Assembly (NCBI GenBank): GCA_034226945.1
Contig: CP120455.1
Location: 620,001-684,000, forward strand
Source of the DNA: Picochlorum sp. SENEW3
Lineage: Eukaryota
Length of the DNA: 64,000 bases
Direction: 5' to 3'
The notes under the pieces are model-generated. The model ran no database searches. It was not told the DNA's origin and saw only the letters and a program-made list of their open reading frames with translations. Shown here piece after piece: positions 11,237 to 22,957 of the stretch. The position numbers and the translations under genes were made by a program. How positions within the stretch are numbered: position 1 is the stretch's first letter; every line of letters starts with the position of its first letter.

Positions 11237-12053
11237 TGTTACTATATTCCTGCTGCGAAAGTGTATAATAAAGAGAATGCGTTCTTCACTGTCGACTCGA
11301 GTGGGCTACAAAAGCAACAAGTCACACGGGAGCCCTTGAGAATACAACAAGACGTGATCCCTGGTCAAAAAAGAGTTGTCTCTTGTCGCAAAAATCGTAA
11401 TGTAATCTTATACGCAGATTTCTTGTTATATTTTTAGAGATGCGAGCGCGTATCAGCGGCAATGAATACATCCATCGGGACTCTCATCCAGATACCATCG
11501 ATCATTGTGGAATCTCATCCCATGAAAGATGACCTTGGATAGGGCTATAGTACATCTACCATCGGATGAGTCCTTCGATAGGACTTGGTAGACTGTACGA
11601 GTTCAGCCGGCAATCTCCTCAATCTCACGGCACCGGAAGGGGTTCATACCCTCGGGCATCCTGGCCCTGGGTCCATAGCCTAAACGATTGGTTGTATTTC
11701 TTTCAGTTAATAAACAAAGGCAACACGCCTTTCGAAGAGGCTTGGTAGCCTACTTTGGAGAGCGCTACAGTGTTGTGTTGTGTCCCGAGGATTTCACCGT
11801 TCTTTGGATCAATTCCACTTCTGTGAATAGGAATTGGTCTAGGAGGCAGTTCATAGAAGCTAAAAAATATACTCAAAAGGTATGTATGAGGTGATATATC
11901 CGATTGTATGAGGAGAATGATGAAACCGTGGACGGTGGTCTGCGCCAGCGTGGTTGAGTTTGCTGGCACGCCGGGCCTACTACGATAATTGGGTGCAACT
12001 TACCCTCATTGCGGTGTATTTTTGTAGGTCTATTCATATATAAGCAAATAAAT

Positions 12054-13349
12054 ATGTCTGCGATTGTTGACGTGATAGATAAGACGGAGAAGGCAGACGC
12101 ACAGGAGATGCGCATGGGTGGTTCTCTGGCACCGGGAGGGTTGCGCGTGGCACAGGGTGACTTAATTGTGGATGAGATGAAGCATTTGGGCATACAATCT
12201 ATTCAGGATGTTCATGGGTCGGTTGAAGGTGGGCAGGATGCGTCTCATATGGCATCCTTGTGGGGGGGACCAGATGTGTTTGTTCCTCTCAGCAGTGACG
12301 GGCTGTTATTCTCGTCCATTGGTGGTCTGAGCAATGGGTCAGAGAAAAGTAGCGATTTGAGTGCCTTTAGTGCCGAGTTTAATCCTGTTCTTCCTGCTCC
12401 TGAGCATCTGGATTCGTTTGGTGGGCTAGGGAAGAAGAAGAAGGAGAGAAAAGTGTTGCCTAGAAGGCGCCATGGCTCTGCTTCTGAGGGAGCTGCGTTG
12501 TCAACGAATAAAACAAAAAATAAGAAGGAGAATAAAGAGAAAGTGTCGAGCAGTGGTGATGTGGATGCAGTGGATAAGGTGAAGAGAACTGTGTATGTGG
12601 CAGATGTTCATCATCAGGTAACAGAGCAGGAGCTTGCTCGGTTTTTCAGTGATTGTGGTCCAATTGTCGATTACAGAATTTGTGGTGATACGAATACAGT
12701 GCTTCGGTTCGCTTTCATCGAATTTCACAGTGTTGGGGCGGCGAAGGAAGCTTTGTCGCTGTCTGGGAGTACGCTTGGGGAAAGTACTATTCGGGTGAGC
12801 CCCTCCAAAACTGCCATCATTCCGGTGAAGGACCAGTTTTTGCCACGATCTGAACGTGAGAGAGAAGCTGTGGCGAGAACGGTGTATGTCGCGAATATTC
12901 ACAAGACTGTGGAGCGGGATGTGCTGAGGCAATTTTTCCAAATGGTGTGTGGACCTGTGAGTAAAATTCGCCTTTTGGGGGATGCCCAGCATGATACCAA
13001 AATTGCATTTGTTGAATTCGCTTCTAAAGAATATACGAACGCAGCATTGAGATGTACCGGGGCCATGTTGGGACCTTTGGCCATCCGAGTGAGTCCTTCA
13101 AAGACACCAGTCAGGACAGATGCCAAGCGCCGAGTATCTTCAGATGTGAGCCATCTTTCTCCAGATGCAGCGAGTGCTGCTGCAAAATTAACACAACAGC
13201 TTAAACAAAGCCTCAGACAGGGGGCGATCCGTCAGAAGAAGAGTAACGTAAAGCCACAGGGTGGATCAGGTGGCAGTGCCACCCCTGGAGAGGATACGCT
13301 TGCCTCACCAACAATCATATCATTGCTCGAAGGCATTTTGAGTGATTAG
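12054..13349 (+). CDS. PAM2 plus two-RRM RNA-binding protein (CID/PABP-interacting family)
   Basis: PAM2-like LSAFSAEFNP; two RRMs beginning RTVYV with RFAFIEF/IAFVEF and ending IRVSPSKT. Confidence 0.88.
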   Translation: MSAIVDVIDKTEKADAQEMRMGGSLAPGGLRVAQGDLIVDEMKHLGIQSIQDVHGSVEGGQDASHMASLWGGPDVFVPLSSDGLLFSSIGGLSNGSEKSSDLSAFSAEFNPVLPAPEHLDSFGGLGKKKKERKVLPRRRHGSASEGAALSTNKTKNKKENKEKVSSSGDVDAVDKVKRTVYVADVHHQVTEQELARFFSDCGPIVDYRICGDTNTVLRFAFIEFHSVGAAKEALSLSGSTLGESTIRVSPSKTAIIPVKDQFLPRSEREREAVARTVYVANIHKTVERDVLRQFFQMVCGPVSKIRLLGDAQHDTKIAFVEFASKEYTNAALRCTGAMLGPLAIRVSPSKTPVRTDAKRRVSSDVSHLSPDAASAAAKLTQQLKQSLRQGAIRQKKSNVKPQGGSGGSATPGEDTLASPTIISLLEGILSD

Positions 13350-13383
13350 TAGGTACACTTTTTTTCCACGAAACAGCATTCAA

Positions 13384-14414
13384 TTAATATTTTGAGCATT
13401 TGTTCAGTACATGATCAAGAGATGTGGATATAATCCTGGATACAGGCCCAGGCACTGAGAAGGTATGGCGCCATGGCACAAGTCCCCATACATTGTTGGT
13501 CAGACACGCAATTTCTCCAAGCGCCTGTAGTTTCCTCAAGCTGCGTTTTCCAAGAAAAAAATACGTTTAATTGCCTGACGTTTCTTCCCATAATACGTAA
13601 AATAAACTCGACACGCGTTGTAGTATATTGAAATGTCATACCTATTGGTCAAAAATGCTTCCCTCCACAGATGTCTCTCCGAGACATTTGGACAGACACT
13701 GTATTCGATAGGTATTCCTGCGTGTTTGCATGCTTCAATGACACGAGCCCTCATGGTCCCTGGGAGCACACCAGCTTCCACAGGAGCTGTTTGTACAACC
13801 ATATCCCCAGACTCCTTTTCGACAACAATGAAAAGATTCGTGATGAGTCCTTCCAGTACATTGCCCTCTTCTGTACAAAGGAGTACATCAATGGCATCTG
13901 TAGGTGCCATCTCCTCCAGGTACCTCCTGTCTGCCACCCATGTTGTATCCTTCATCATGGGATTTTTGCGTGGTGGGCCGAGAATGTACGCTCTCCCACC
14001 ATGTCGAACTGCATGTGATACATCATATGGAGACATGTATATCTTCATCCAATCGTCGCTGTCCTTTCCATCATGTGGCTGTTGAAGAATCACCACCACC
14101 ACCATCAAGCCAGCAACTTCTCCAAAACAGTCCTTACCACGCGGGATAGCTTCTTGAATCCGTAACCGTATCTTTGAACGAACTATATTTCTTTTATTGT
14201 CATTATCGATGCGTGATAGAGTCTCCTCCTCGGAAGAAGAGACTGCAACCTGAGAAAGCCTGTCCACATGGCTAGAAAGGTCAGTGACACGTAACTTCTC
14301 ACCACACACATACATTGTGGTATAAATACACCCAGGATGATTTAACAGCAAATTTTTAATGCTAATTTCATCATGAATAATGATGGTATCCCCTATTTCA
14401 ACTATTCTACCCAT
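13384..14414 (-). CDS. PLP-dependent aminotransferase class IV-like protein; intron 13641-13541
   Basis: Motifs HVDRL, LEGLITNLF and VLPGTMR; splicing restores EAFLTNSLR. Confidence 0.8.
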
Positions 14415-14518
14415 GGTTTGGAATTCCACATGTCATGTCGTCCATTTTTTTAATACCTCTTCTCTACCGTACTCCTATTCAGTCTTACAACAATATTCTA
14501 AACTATTTTTAACGACTC

Positions 14519-15524
14519 CTACAGGGTCGATCGGAGTAATTTGAGAAACACCATGGGAGCTGCCACTCGTACATGGACTTCGGCAATATCAATATCATGC
14601 CCCCCTTCGACAAGACCCCACTGCTCAATCTGATGGTCTTCTTCCACTCTGGACGCTTTCAATAGGTCCTGTATCGAAAACGATCCTTCAACGCCACCAA
14701 TAGCCATGCACACGGATTTGCATGCCGATGATAGTTGTTCAAATGCACTCCTCTCCCATGGACTCAAGCCTGTATTATACAGTAGTAAAACATTCATTCA
14801 TCCATGGGTTACCATGTATCCATCAACAATCGGACTGGAATGAAGCATGCATACCTATAATGTATTGTTGAACCTTGAAAAGATCTTCTTCCGACACAGG
14901 TGCGCCGAAAATGCTGGACGATGTCTCCAGCATAAGACCAAGTCTCTCCCGGGCCAATTGTAAAAATGGCTGCATTACATCCTCTTGCTTCTTGAACAGC
15001 TCCGGATCTCTACTCTCTTCTACACGACATAACACAGGATCTGTAGATAAAAATTCTGCGGTATTTTGCGCGACGACAGCGGGGCTTTGCGGCTCATCAA
15101 TTGCTGTTGCTGCCAACGACATGAGGGGCATGGTGTTTGGATCTATCCGCGAGCCCTGCCAGTCCCATTCGGCAGCTATTCCATGCGCTAACGCTTTCGT
15201 AGGAAGCACTAATGGTTTCTTTGCTGGAGACTTGAGTGTAAACCTATCCAATGTGATTTCATACCCACGACAGGGGGCTGTTGACAATGAACCAGAAGAA
15301 TCATCAGCTGGTGCCCCTCTCACGCCAACAGATGAATAAAACTTGACCATACCAGTCTTCGATTCCTCACCCCTGTCAGATACTCCATGCGTTGCATAGC
15401 ATCGCCTAGAGTCTACATCTTTTATGGACTGAAACCATCTGCATCTCTCGAAACAGAGTTGCTCCACTCTCTCAGGAACAGCAAGACCTGTTTTGGATAG
15501 TGCTGTGCGAACCGATTGCATCAT
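14519..15524 (-). CDS. ATP12: ATP synthase mitochondrial F1 assembly factor 2; intron 14854-14770
   Basis: LD...LKSPAK, A..IAAEW, TMPLMSLAATAID and RVEEDHQIEQWGLVEGGHD. Confidence 0.92.
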
Positions 15525-15764
15525 ACATTCAAAGGTGTACTAGCATCAGAATAAGAAGAATAATTATTGAGTTATTGAATACCGTCAAGGCACAGCCACC
15601 GCCATTCAATCATCTGGGGGTAAAAAAATGAAAGTTCCGTAATATGATCACAACATCGACAAATCTACTGAAACGCACTCGTTTCATTCACAAGCTTTAT
15701 ATTTTTTTTCACTACAGTAGGTATTCTGAGCACATATTTAATTATCATATCACAGAGAGTAGCC

Positions 15765-16499
15765 ATGCTTCATTCCATGACGATGATGCAAAAGAGACCT
15801 GCGTGTGGTCTGTGTCTCAGCGCTGCTTCTGTTGGACATGGGCCATCCTCACGTGGTATTCGGACCCCTGGCGGTAGAGTTCCATTCAGGTGTAGAGCGA
15901 CAGACGACGGAGAGACCTCTGTGTCGGAGGAACCGACCACGGCTTCTGCACCAGCTGTTGGGGGAGAGGAGGCAGGTTCATCAAAGGGCTTGTTGGCTGG
16001 TGGTGCTGTCGGTTTGGGAGTTGCTCTGTTCATCGTTGGAAAGATTGGTTTAGGTGGTCCTTCATTTGCTGCATTGGAGGCTGGATCGCTTCCATTGGAC
16101 GAGGCACTTGGGAATGGAAAGCCAACAGTGTTGGAATTCTATGCAGACTGGTGTGACATGTGTAAGGAGCTTTTGCCTTCCACTTTGGAGGCTGAGAGGG
16201 AATACCAAGGTCGAGTCAACTTTGTTATGATGAATATTGATAATAGTAAATGGGCGCCGGAGATGGAAGAGTATAATGTCAAGGGTATTCCAGAGTTTGT
16301 GTTTTTGGATGCATCAGGAACGCCACAGGCTGCTGCAGTTGGAAAAGTACCGAAAGAAGTTCTGGCAGCCGACGTTGCAGCTCTTGCTGAGAATAGAAGC
16401 CTTCCGTATGCGCGCATTCGAGGAGCGGCGTCCGATACAACGCGCCCAGATAGTGCTGGGGCAGTGACAAAGAGCACCATGCCACGAGATCATGCCTAG
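15765..16499 (+). CDS. HCF164: Thylakoid thioredoxin-like protein HCF164
   Basis: Transit peptide, TM helix, [20 protein letters not shown] and [13 protein letters not shown]. Confidence 0.88.
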   Translation: MLHSMTMMQKRPACGLCLSAASVGHGPSSRGIRTPGGRVPFRCRATDDGETSVSEEPTTASAPAVGGEEAGSSKGLLAGGAVGLGVALFIVGKIGLGGPSFAALEAGSLPLDEALGNGKPTVLEFYADWCDMCKELLPSTLEAEREYQGRVNFVMMNIDNSKWAPEMEEYNVKGIPEFVFLDASGTPQAAAVGKVPKEVLAADVAALAENRSLPYARIRGAASDTTRPDSAGAVTKSTMPRDHA

Positions 16500-16578
16500 A
16501 TGATGAACTTTTTCTTTTCGCCTTATTGTTCTTCTTCTTCTTCCTCTTTATTCTACATGTATACATATATTCATTCAT

Positions 16579-17457
16579 TTATTCATAATGAGGTCTCCCT
16601 CCATATCGAAGTCGTTGTTGTCGCTCGTACGCAAGTCTACGCTGCTGCAGATTGACAAATGATGCGGTTGTGTAGATGACTGCAGCGCCTGAAAAGTACA
16701 GGAGGGCTAGGTATGCTGCAATCAGCGATACTGCTGCAACTGATGCTACAGCAAAAAACAAGAGGCCACTCGGGAAGCTTGTTGCATAACTCGAAATGAA
16801 GGATGGAAGAGAGAATATAAACGTCACCACTGCCATGATGCCACCCACAGTGTAATTCACGAGCGCAGTAAGCAACAAATTTACCAGCAGAGACACCCAG
16901 TCTCTATCCCGTGCCCTCAAAATAGTAAACAGACTGTCCCAAAATGTCTGCCTTTGCGCAAACACTTTTCCAGAGTCAAACGACGTCCATAACATCTTTC
17001 TAGATTCTTCTATCCCAGCGTCAGACCAGATTCCCAAATTGGACTTGGCCTCTTTCAGCATCGCATCCCGCTCCTGTTGAAGAGCACGTACTCGAGTCTT
17101 TGCATCTCGTATCTCTGGATCATGAGCTTTCACTTTCTCTCTATACTCTGGTCTAAATCTCCAAAACCAAACTTTGTGTCGACGAGCCCTCATATCTGCC
17201 TCGAGATAGGACTGTTCTGCTGCGGCAAGCCTGTCCTCCACTTTATGAGCTTGAGCTATACTATGCCGAAAATTGGCCAATTTTTCATCCGTAATTTTGA
17301 CAGGAGCGGGTGCAAAAAATACTGCAAAAAGTCCAAATAACCATATGAGCCCAATAGACACGCGTTTCTTTGTCGCATGTCTTGAAATGATGGACAATGC
17401 TCCTCCTCCTCCCCCGGAAGAGGAGTTGCGAGGCCTCACAGCACGGGATGAATCCAT
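16579..17457 (-). CDS. Conserved membrane protein of unknown function
   Basis: 292-aa ORF with an N-terminal TM helix, a coiled coil and C-terminal TM helices. Confidence 0.75.
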   Translation of the reverse strand: MDSSRAVRPRNSSSGGGGGALSIISRHATKKRVSIGLIWLFGLFAVFFAPAPVKITDEKLANFRHSIAQAHKVEDRLAAAEQSYLEADMRARRHKVWFWRFRPEYREKVKAHDPEIRDAKTRVRALQQERDAMLKEAKSNLGIWSDAGIEESRKMLWTSFDSGKVFAQRQTFWDSLFTILRARDRDWVSLLVNLLLTALVNYTVGGIMAVVTFIFSLPSFISSYATSFPSGLLFFAVASVAAVSLIAAYLALLYFSGAAVIYTTASFVNLQQRRLAYERQQRLRYGGRPHYE

Positions 17458-17697
17458 CTATCTTTTACTACAAAACAATTAATTTTAATTAATTAATGGC
17501 TATTATGTGACAGTTTTGATATCATATCAACACATGCATCTCATAGTGAAGATTCGAGCGCATATGGGGCTTTCTGACACTCTTTATTGACGACAGATGT
17601 GACATTACTCGTCGCCGCGGAGCAGAATGTCAGAAAGCCCTGCGAATTCTGATGCTTTTTTCTGCTCTTCCCCGTTAGGCTTGTATTTTATGCCTCC

Positions 17698-18966
17698 TTA
17701 CTGGCACAGAGACACTACTTTGCCTTTGATGGCAAAGACCGAGCCCTGCTGTGATTCTAGACACTGGGTGATTTGGACTTTGAGACGTTTGGATTTCGTC
17801 GTGATGGTGGCATCCTTTTGTAAGTGCTTGACAGCACCTTTAATCAGAGATTTCATTTTCATAGACTTGCTCGTCTCCTGGGACAACAGATGCTCCAATA
17901 TGCCTGCAATGACCTGGTTTGACGTGTCACCTGATTGTCGCGCCTTCTTTTTGGGTGGCATCACAATCTTAATCTGCACATCATTGTCGTCATCATCCGT
18001 CGATGAACATTCTTTTTCATTCTCTCCTTGCTCATTATCGGAATCGTCATCCAAGCGGGTCTTGGTGCCCTGCCATCGCACACCTGCAACCTTTTTCGGC
18101 ATAGAGGACCTGCCAAGGCCAATCCGGCCAGTCGTGGCACCATCATGGGCAGACGTGAAAAGGTTCTCCTGATCCTGTTCAGAAAATCCTTTTGTTTTGC
18201 GAATGCTACTCTTCTCTCTCTTACTCCCTGCTCTCGGTCCCCGAACAAAGTAGTTGGACCACCATCTGTCCTCCGGGACAACATACTCATGCTTGTTCGA
18301 CTTCGATTCTACGACTACATCTATTTTCTCTTCTTCTATATCTTCTTCATGTGATGTGCTTTCTTGCTTGGCGTTGCCGTCAGCATCAGTTGCCCCCTGT
18401 GCCATCAACTCTGCCTGCTTGGAAAATGGATCCTCCCCAAGAATAGCTGCAAGATCACTCGACGAATACCCTTTCACCATTTTGGCATGTTCTCGCCGTT
18501 TAAATCTACCAATATGTGAGGCTTTCTTCTTTTCTTCCTTCTTGCTATCCTTTTTCTTTCCAGCTTTCCTCTTCTTCCCATCCTTTTTCTTTTTACTCTT
18601 TCTTGCCTCTCCCTCTGCGAACTTGCTCTTTTTCGGGGAAGCAACAACAGTGTCATCATCGTCCTCTTCAGAAGATGACGACGAACTCCCAGCATGCTTT
18701 GACATAATCTCACTCAGAGAACTCAAAACTCTGTGAAACTCTGACATATTATTCGACCAATCTCGTGCCCGATCATGAGACTCAACAGCCCCCACACCCC
18801 AATTTTCAAACTTTTTCTTCACTCGTATATGCTCCTTAATGCCCTGTTTGGACGCACCCAGCCCCTCGCCTTCGTTCCAACCCATGCTCTTGAGCAACTT
18901 GTATCCCGCCGACTCCTTCTGAACTCCCTGATATCGAGTTCCAACCATATTTGCTTCTGAACCCAT
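17698..18966 (-). CDS. G-patch domain protein (PINX1-like)
   Basis: N-terminal G-patch SAGYKLLKSMGWNEGEGLG; Lys-rich body. Confidence 0.85.
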   Translation of the reverse strand: MGSEANMVGTRYQGVQKESAGYKLLKSMGWNEGEGLGASKQGIKEHIRVKKKFENWGVGAVESHDRARDWSNNMSEFHRVLSSLSEIMSKHAGSSSSSSEEDDDDTVVASPKKSKFAEGEARKSKKKKDGKKRKAGKKKDSKKEEKKKASHIGRFKRREHAKMVKGYSSSDLAAILGEDPFSKQAELMAQGATDADGNAKQESTSHEEDIEEEKIDVVVESKSNKHEYVVPEDRWWSNYFVRGPRAGSKREKSSIRKTKGFSEQDQENLFTSAHDGATTGRIGLGRSSMPKKVAGVRWQGTKTRLDDDSDNEQGENEKECSSTDDDDNDVQIKIVMPPKKKARQSGDTSNQVIAGILEHLLSQETSKSMKMKSLIKGAVKHLQKDATITTKSKRLKVQITQCLESQQGSVFAIKGKVVSLCQ

Positions 18967-19312
18967 GTGTTTATTTATGTATCTAGAGTGATGATCTTGG
19001 ATTTTGATGTCTTTCAGAATGTTTCAAATCCCTCGGCAAGGATTTACACATGCATGGCTTCGACCGAGAAAAATACTTCTCTAGAATCGATATATTCTCT
19101 GATGTAATGCTTTTTATACTCTTAAAATCTCTAAAGAAATGCACATTTGAAGAATTGATCAATCGCATCTGTGTCATCAATGCAGACGTGGAACAATCCT
19201 TCTTCTTATGAAGTCCCACCAATATATATATATATGGAAATGATGAGCGCTACAGTTTGTTTGAGGGACTTCATCATCATACGTCTGAATCAAAGCAGAA
19301 CGTTGAGTTCCA

Positions 19313-20172
19313 TCAGATGATCATGACCGCAATGACGGCAGTGGCCAATACAGCTGTAGGCAGAGGCACCCCACTTGCTTCTGGCACTGGAGATGAAGAC
19401 GTGTCTTCTTCTTCTTGTGCTGGAGATGCAGCAGAGGGTGTGGAAGACATGTCTTCTTCTCCAGCAGCAGGAGAAGATGTACGGTTCGTGGCTTGGAGAA
19501 TCTGTTGCACTTGTTTGTATGCATTCTCATACTCCGGACCTGGTTTTGGGCCTGTGCATTTGTCAATCATCTCTCCAAATGCCTGTCCCAAGGCATCATC
19601 TGTTGTGTCCTCAGTCTCTTTTGTATCATCATCAATCGTCTTCACCAATGATGATTTACATGCTTGCGCAAAAGGACATCCATTTGTGAAATTGATCTGA
19701 GGGATCACGGCGAATGGAATGTTTCCACTGAACGTCCCTTGAGATTGGCGCTCATCATCACTACCAGAGAACCTAGGTTTGTTGAAAGCTGTCTTGACAA
19801 ATGCTGCGATGAAGAAAGGCATGCGTCACAGCCTTTGTTTGTATCAAAGTCAGCTGCGATGAAGAAAACATACGAATGGTTATTATATATACATACATAG
19901 AGAGAGAGAGTAACGCATGTACCAATCCATAGAGTATGTGAAAACGCACCACCAATACAGGAGGCCACCATATCCTCATAATCGCCAGGTCCAAAGAAGT
20001 CTCCCACATTCTTCTCAAACATAGGAGGGCACGTGATATTGTATGGTTTACCATCTTTCAGTTGGATCTCGACGATACCAGGTGCGATGAGTTTTCCAGG
20101 TGTGGCTCCGAAACCAACAGCAGCAAGGTTGGCCAGTGCCGCGGCAAGTAGGGCATTGCGATATGCGCGCAT
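19313..20172 (-). CDS. Secreted, probably GPI- or TM-anchored surface protein; intron 19922-19804
   Basis: Signal peptide; splicing gives ..HTLWIAFVKTAFNKPRF..; S/P/A/E-rich linker and hydrophobic C-terminus. Confidence 0.7.
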
Positions 20173-20481
20173 GGTAGATGGAGAATAGTGATACTAAATT
20201 AGCAATCTTGTTGTAAAATGTATCTAGTTGTGAGGGGAGGAGACGGAATGTATGCGGGTATCGGCGTATTTTCTCTGCGATGTGATTGATGTCGCCGACA
20301 GTAGCAGTACTGAGCGATTACGCTACGCGTAGGAGATGGGTGTGTGTACGGCCACAGCGCCACCTTATCTCTCAGGTAACAAAAACATGTGTCTCTGTTC
20401 TCGCGGGTAGTAAAAGGATGTGATACGATATTATGTGTGACATTACAGTAGTACAGCATATGAATACGAGATATATTCATG

Positions 20482-22563
20482 CTAAAACTTAAAGTCAGGC
20501 TCGATGTCCATGGCCCACAAAAACTTGTTCAGTAAACTCTTGTTGAACACTTTTTCAATGGGAACCTCATTCCTTTTGCACCAGGCAACTGTGATTCTCG
20601 GATCCAAATAATTGATTTTGGATGTGCCAAGGGCAACTGTTTTCAACTCTTCTTTATTTTTTGCTGTGATTTCCTGCTTTACTATTTGAGCGCGTTTACG
20701 CTCAATTCTACCCTTGATGACATCCTCCTTGACCATCTTCCCATTTGAACATGGCTTTCCTGCCTTGGCCAATTTCAAATCTTTCATCATATCCTTCATC
20801 TCCTTCTGTAAATGGGCCATTTTGGCCTCCATTCGTTCCATTTGAGCTCCATGAGTCTTTGGAACAGACCGCTGATGGTTACACAGAATGGCAACTTCCT
20901 TATTTGCCCTGTCATACTCTGCCTTCCTGCCATCAATCGTGTCTTCCTTACTGGGGTCTGAAAGAAGCGTGTCAAGCGTAATGGATGCATTATAGGTACG
21001 GAACACTTTCACGCTCAATCCATCCATCAAACTCCTCAGCCTCACATTCAAATCCTGAGCATCAAATTCATCAAACAGCTGATCATTTCCAGTCTTTCTC
21101 CGGCCCGCGCCATCCACCTTGATGAAATTCTCAATATTTTTGTACACAGTCTCTTCCACCTCGACGGCATTCTCATATCTGATGGAATCCTTACCCAGAA
21201 AGTCAAACCTAATAGTGCAGGGTGGTATGCACTCAATGTTCTCACACTTGAGAGTACAGCAACCAACGGTCTCGGCTTCATCCTCATCCTTCTCATGCCC
21301 AGCACGAAGAGCTAATCTGTCAATAAAGTACAATGCCGTGGCCATCTGCCGTTCTCTGCGCTCAACAGAAGACCAATTCTTTGTATATGTACTGCGTATA
21401 TCATCAATATAATCCTTCAATTTTCTAGCCTTCTCATACTTTTGCAAATCCGACTCGCTCTTCCAGGACGATGTTGCTGCCATCATAACATACTTGAAGT
21501 CCTTTGGACTGATTGGATCCTTCCAGAATGCCAACCATGTCACTGTATTATCATGTCGGATTTCCTTCCAGTCCTGACCAGGGAATGGATGCGTCGGTAT
21601 TGGAGCACCTTTGCTAATATTTATGGTGATATCTCGTGGGTAAATTCTCTTTTTAATTTTACCCATCTTTGGATGCTCTCCTCTCCCTCGGAACAAGCCT
21701 GGTGGCTCCACCCTGAAATTCCCAACTGGCTCCTTCTTCCCATCAATCAACGCATACTTGAAAGGAGCTTCCTTCTCTTCCTTCTCCTTTTTCAATCTCT
21801 CCTTCTCTTCTTTCGGAAGATCCTTCTTCCGCTCCCTCTCAGCCATATGCCAATCGTAGATTGGAGTAAAATCACACTTTTCCAGACACTGGATCCTATG
21901 ATTCGGCCCAAGCACACCTTTAAACCCCTCCCAAAAGTTCTCCAAAAATATAGACTTTTTCATATAATCCGTCTCCTTCATCACCGCGAAAAACGTCGCC
22001 ACCTCTTCCTGCTCCGGTGTCAAGTCCACAGGGACCCCGTCATACAACATCTTCACACCATGAGGCTCATACTCTGGGGGAAACAACACACCATGATGCT
22101 CCAACGTTTTCCATCGAATCTCTGCCGTACTCTCCTGAGTCTTTTTCGCTCGCTTCTGCACAACACGCTCCTTTTTCACGCCCTCAGCAGACGCTCTCTT
22201 CCTCGGAGGAGCTTCACCATTTTCCTTCTTCTTCTTTTTCTTCACCTTGATCGTCGTCGCAACCGCAGCAATCCTCTTAGACAATGGAACATCGTCATCA
22301 CTATCATCACTCGAAGACTCCTCCTCTTTCTTCACAACGCCGACTCCATTGTCCGCGACATGTCCCGTGTCATTCGGACGTTGAACGGGATTCCCACCGC
22401 CTCCACTCCCACCATTCCTCACAGTCCCTGTGTCATCTTTTTCTTTCTTCACTGCAGGTTTCTGTTCAGACTGAAGCGTCGCTGCGACATTTGATTTGAG
22501 CTGCGACAGTGGGATGTCGTCGTCACTGTCGCTGTCGATGACAGTCCTCATGAATGCATGCAC
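20482..22563 (-). CDS. TOP1: DNA topoisomerase IB
   Basis: WKTLEHHGVLF, FRVEPPGLFRGRG, ALRAG.EK, KVFRTYNAS and LGTSKINYLDPR with the catalytic Tyr. Confidence 0.98.
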   Translation of the reverse strand: MHAFMRTVIDSDSDDDIPLSQLKSNVAATLQSEQKPAVKKEKDDTGTVRNGGSGGGGNPVQRPNDTGHVADNGVGVVKKEEESSSDDSDDDVPLSKRIAAVATTIKVKKKKKKENGEAPPRKRASAEGVKKERVVQKRAKKTQESTAEIRWKTLEHHGVLFPPEYEPHGVKMLYDGVPVDLTPEQEEVATFFAVMKETDYMKKSIFLENFWEGFKGVLGPNHRIQCLEKCDFTPIYDWHMAERERKKDLPKEEKERLKKEKEEKEAPFKYALIDGKKEPVGNFRVEPPGLFRGRGEHPKMGKIKKRIYPRDITINISKGAPIPTHPFPGQDWKEIRHDNTVTWLAFWKDPISPKDFKYVMMAATSSWKSESDLQKYEKARKLKDYIDDIRSTYTKNWSSVERRERQMATALYFIDRLALRAGHEKDEDEAETVGCCTLKCENIECIPPCTIRFDFLGKDSIRYENAVEVEETVYKNIENFIKVDGAGRRKTGNDQLFDEFDAQDLNVRLRSLMDGLSVKVFRTYNASITLDTLLSDPSKEDTIDGRKAEYDRANKEVAILCNHQRSVPKTHGAQMERMEAKMAHLQKEMKDMMKDLKLAKAGKPCSNGKMVKEDVIKGRIERKRAQIVKQEITAKNKEELKTVALGTSKINYLDPRITVAWCKRNEVPIEKVFNKSLLNKFLWAMDIEPDFKF

Positions 22564-22957
22564 ACAGCGTCGATTTGTAACTACGACTACTGAAATCTAA
22601 TCGATATACAGGTATTGGATATGGATATGAACCTCTCATGCACATGGATTGCTTCCATGCTCTTTTCTGATGTTTTTTTTTCTAATATCGATATTAGGGA
22701 ACTAGACACCCTTCTCGACCTGATCTAGAGATGCGATGGATCAACCCTGAATAGTTCCATCTGTCGGAGATGTCGCAGATTGGAAAGGCCAGTGTCATAG
22801 ACTCGCATGCATGGTATACATGCATGCTCATGATTTGTCCACACATGCATCTTACTCAACATGGATCTCTCCTCTCACGTATTCATGCATTGCCGATGAC
22901 GTACACATTGTATCAACTATATATAGATAGATGTATTTCACGAGAAAACGTTGACAG

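Noticed and set aside
11678..11686. CCTAAAC as a telomerase RNA template
   Set aside because: It covers only one 7-nt permutation of CCCTAAA with no annealing extension, and I see no other telomerase RNA hallmark.
21442..22494. Long antisense ORFs (350 aa opposite TOP1; also 33674-34609, 52559-53347, 61214-62119)
   Set aside because: They are shadows of real genes on the opposite strand, with no recognisable motifs.
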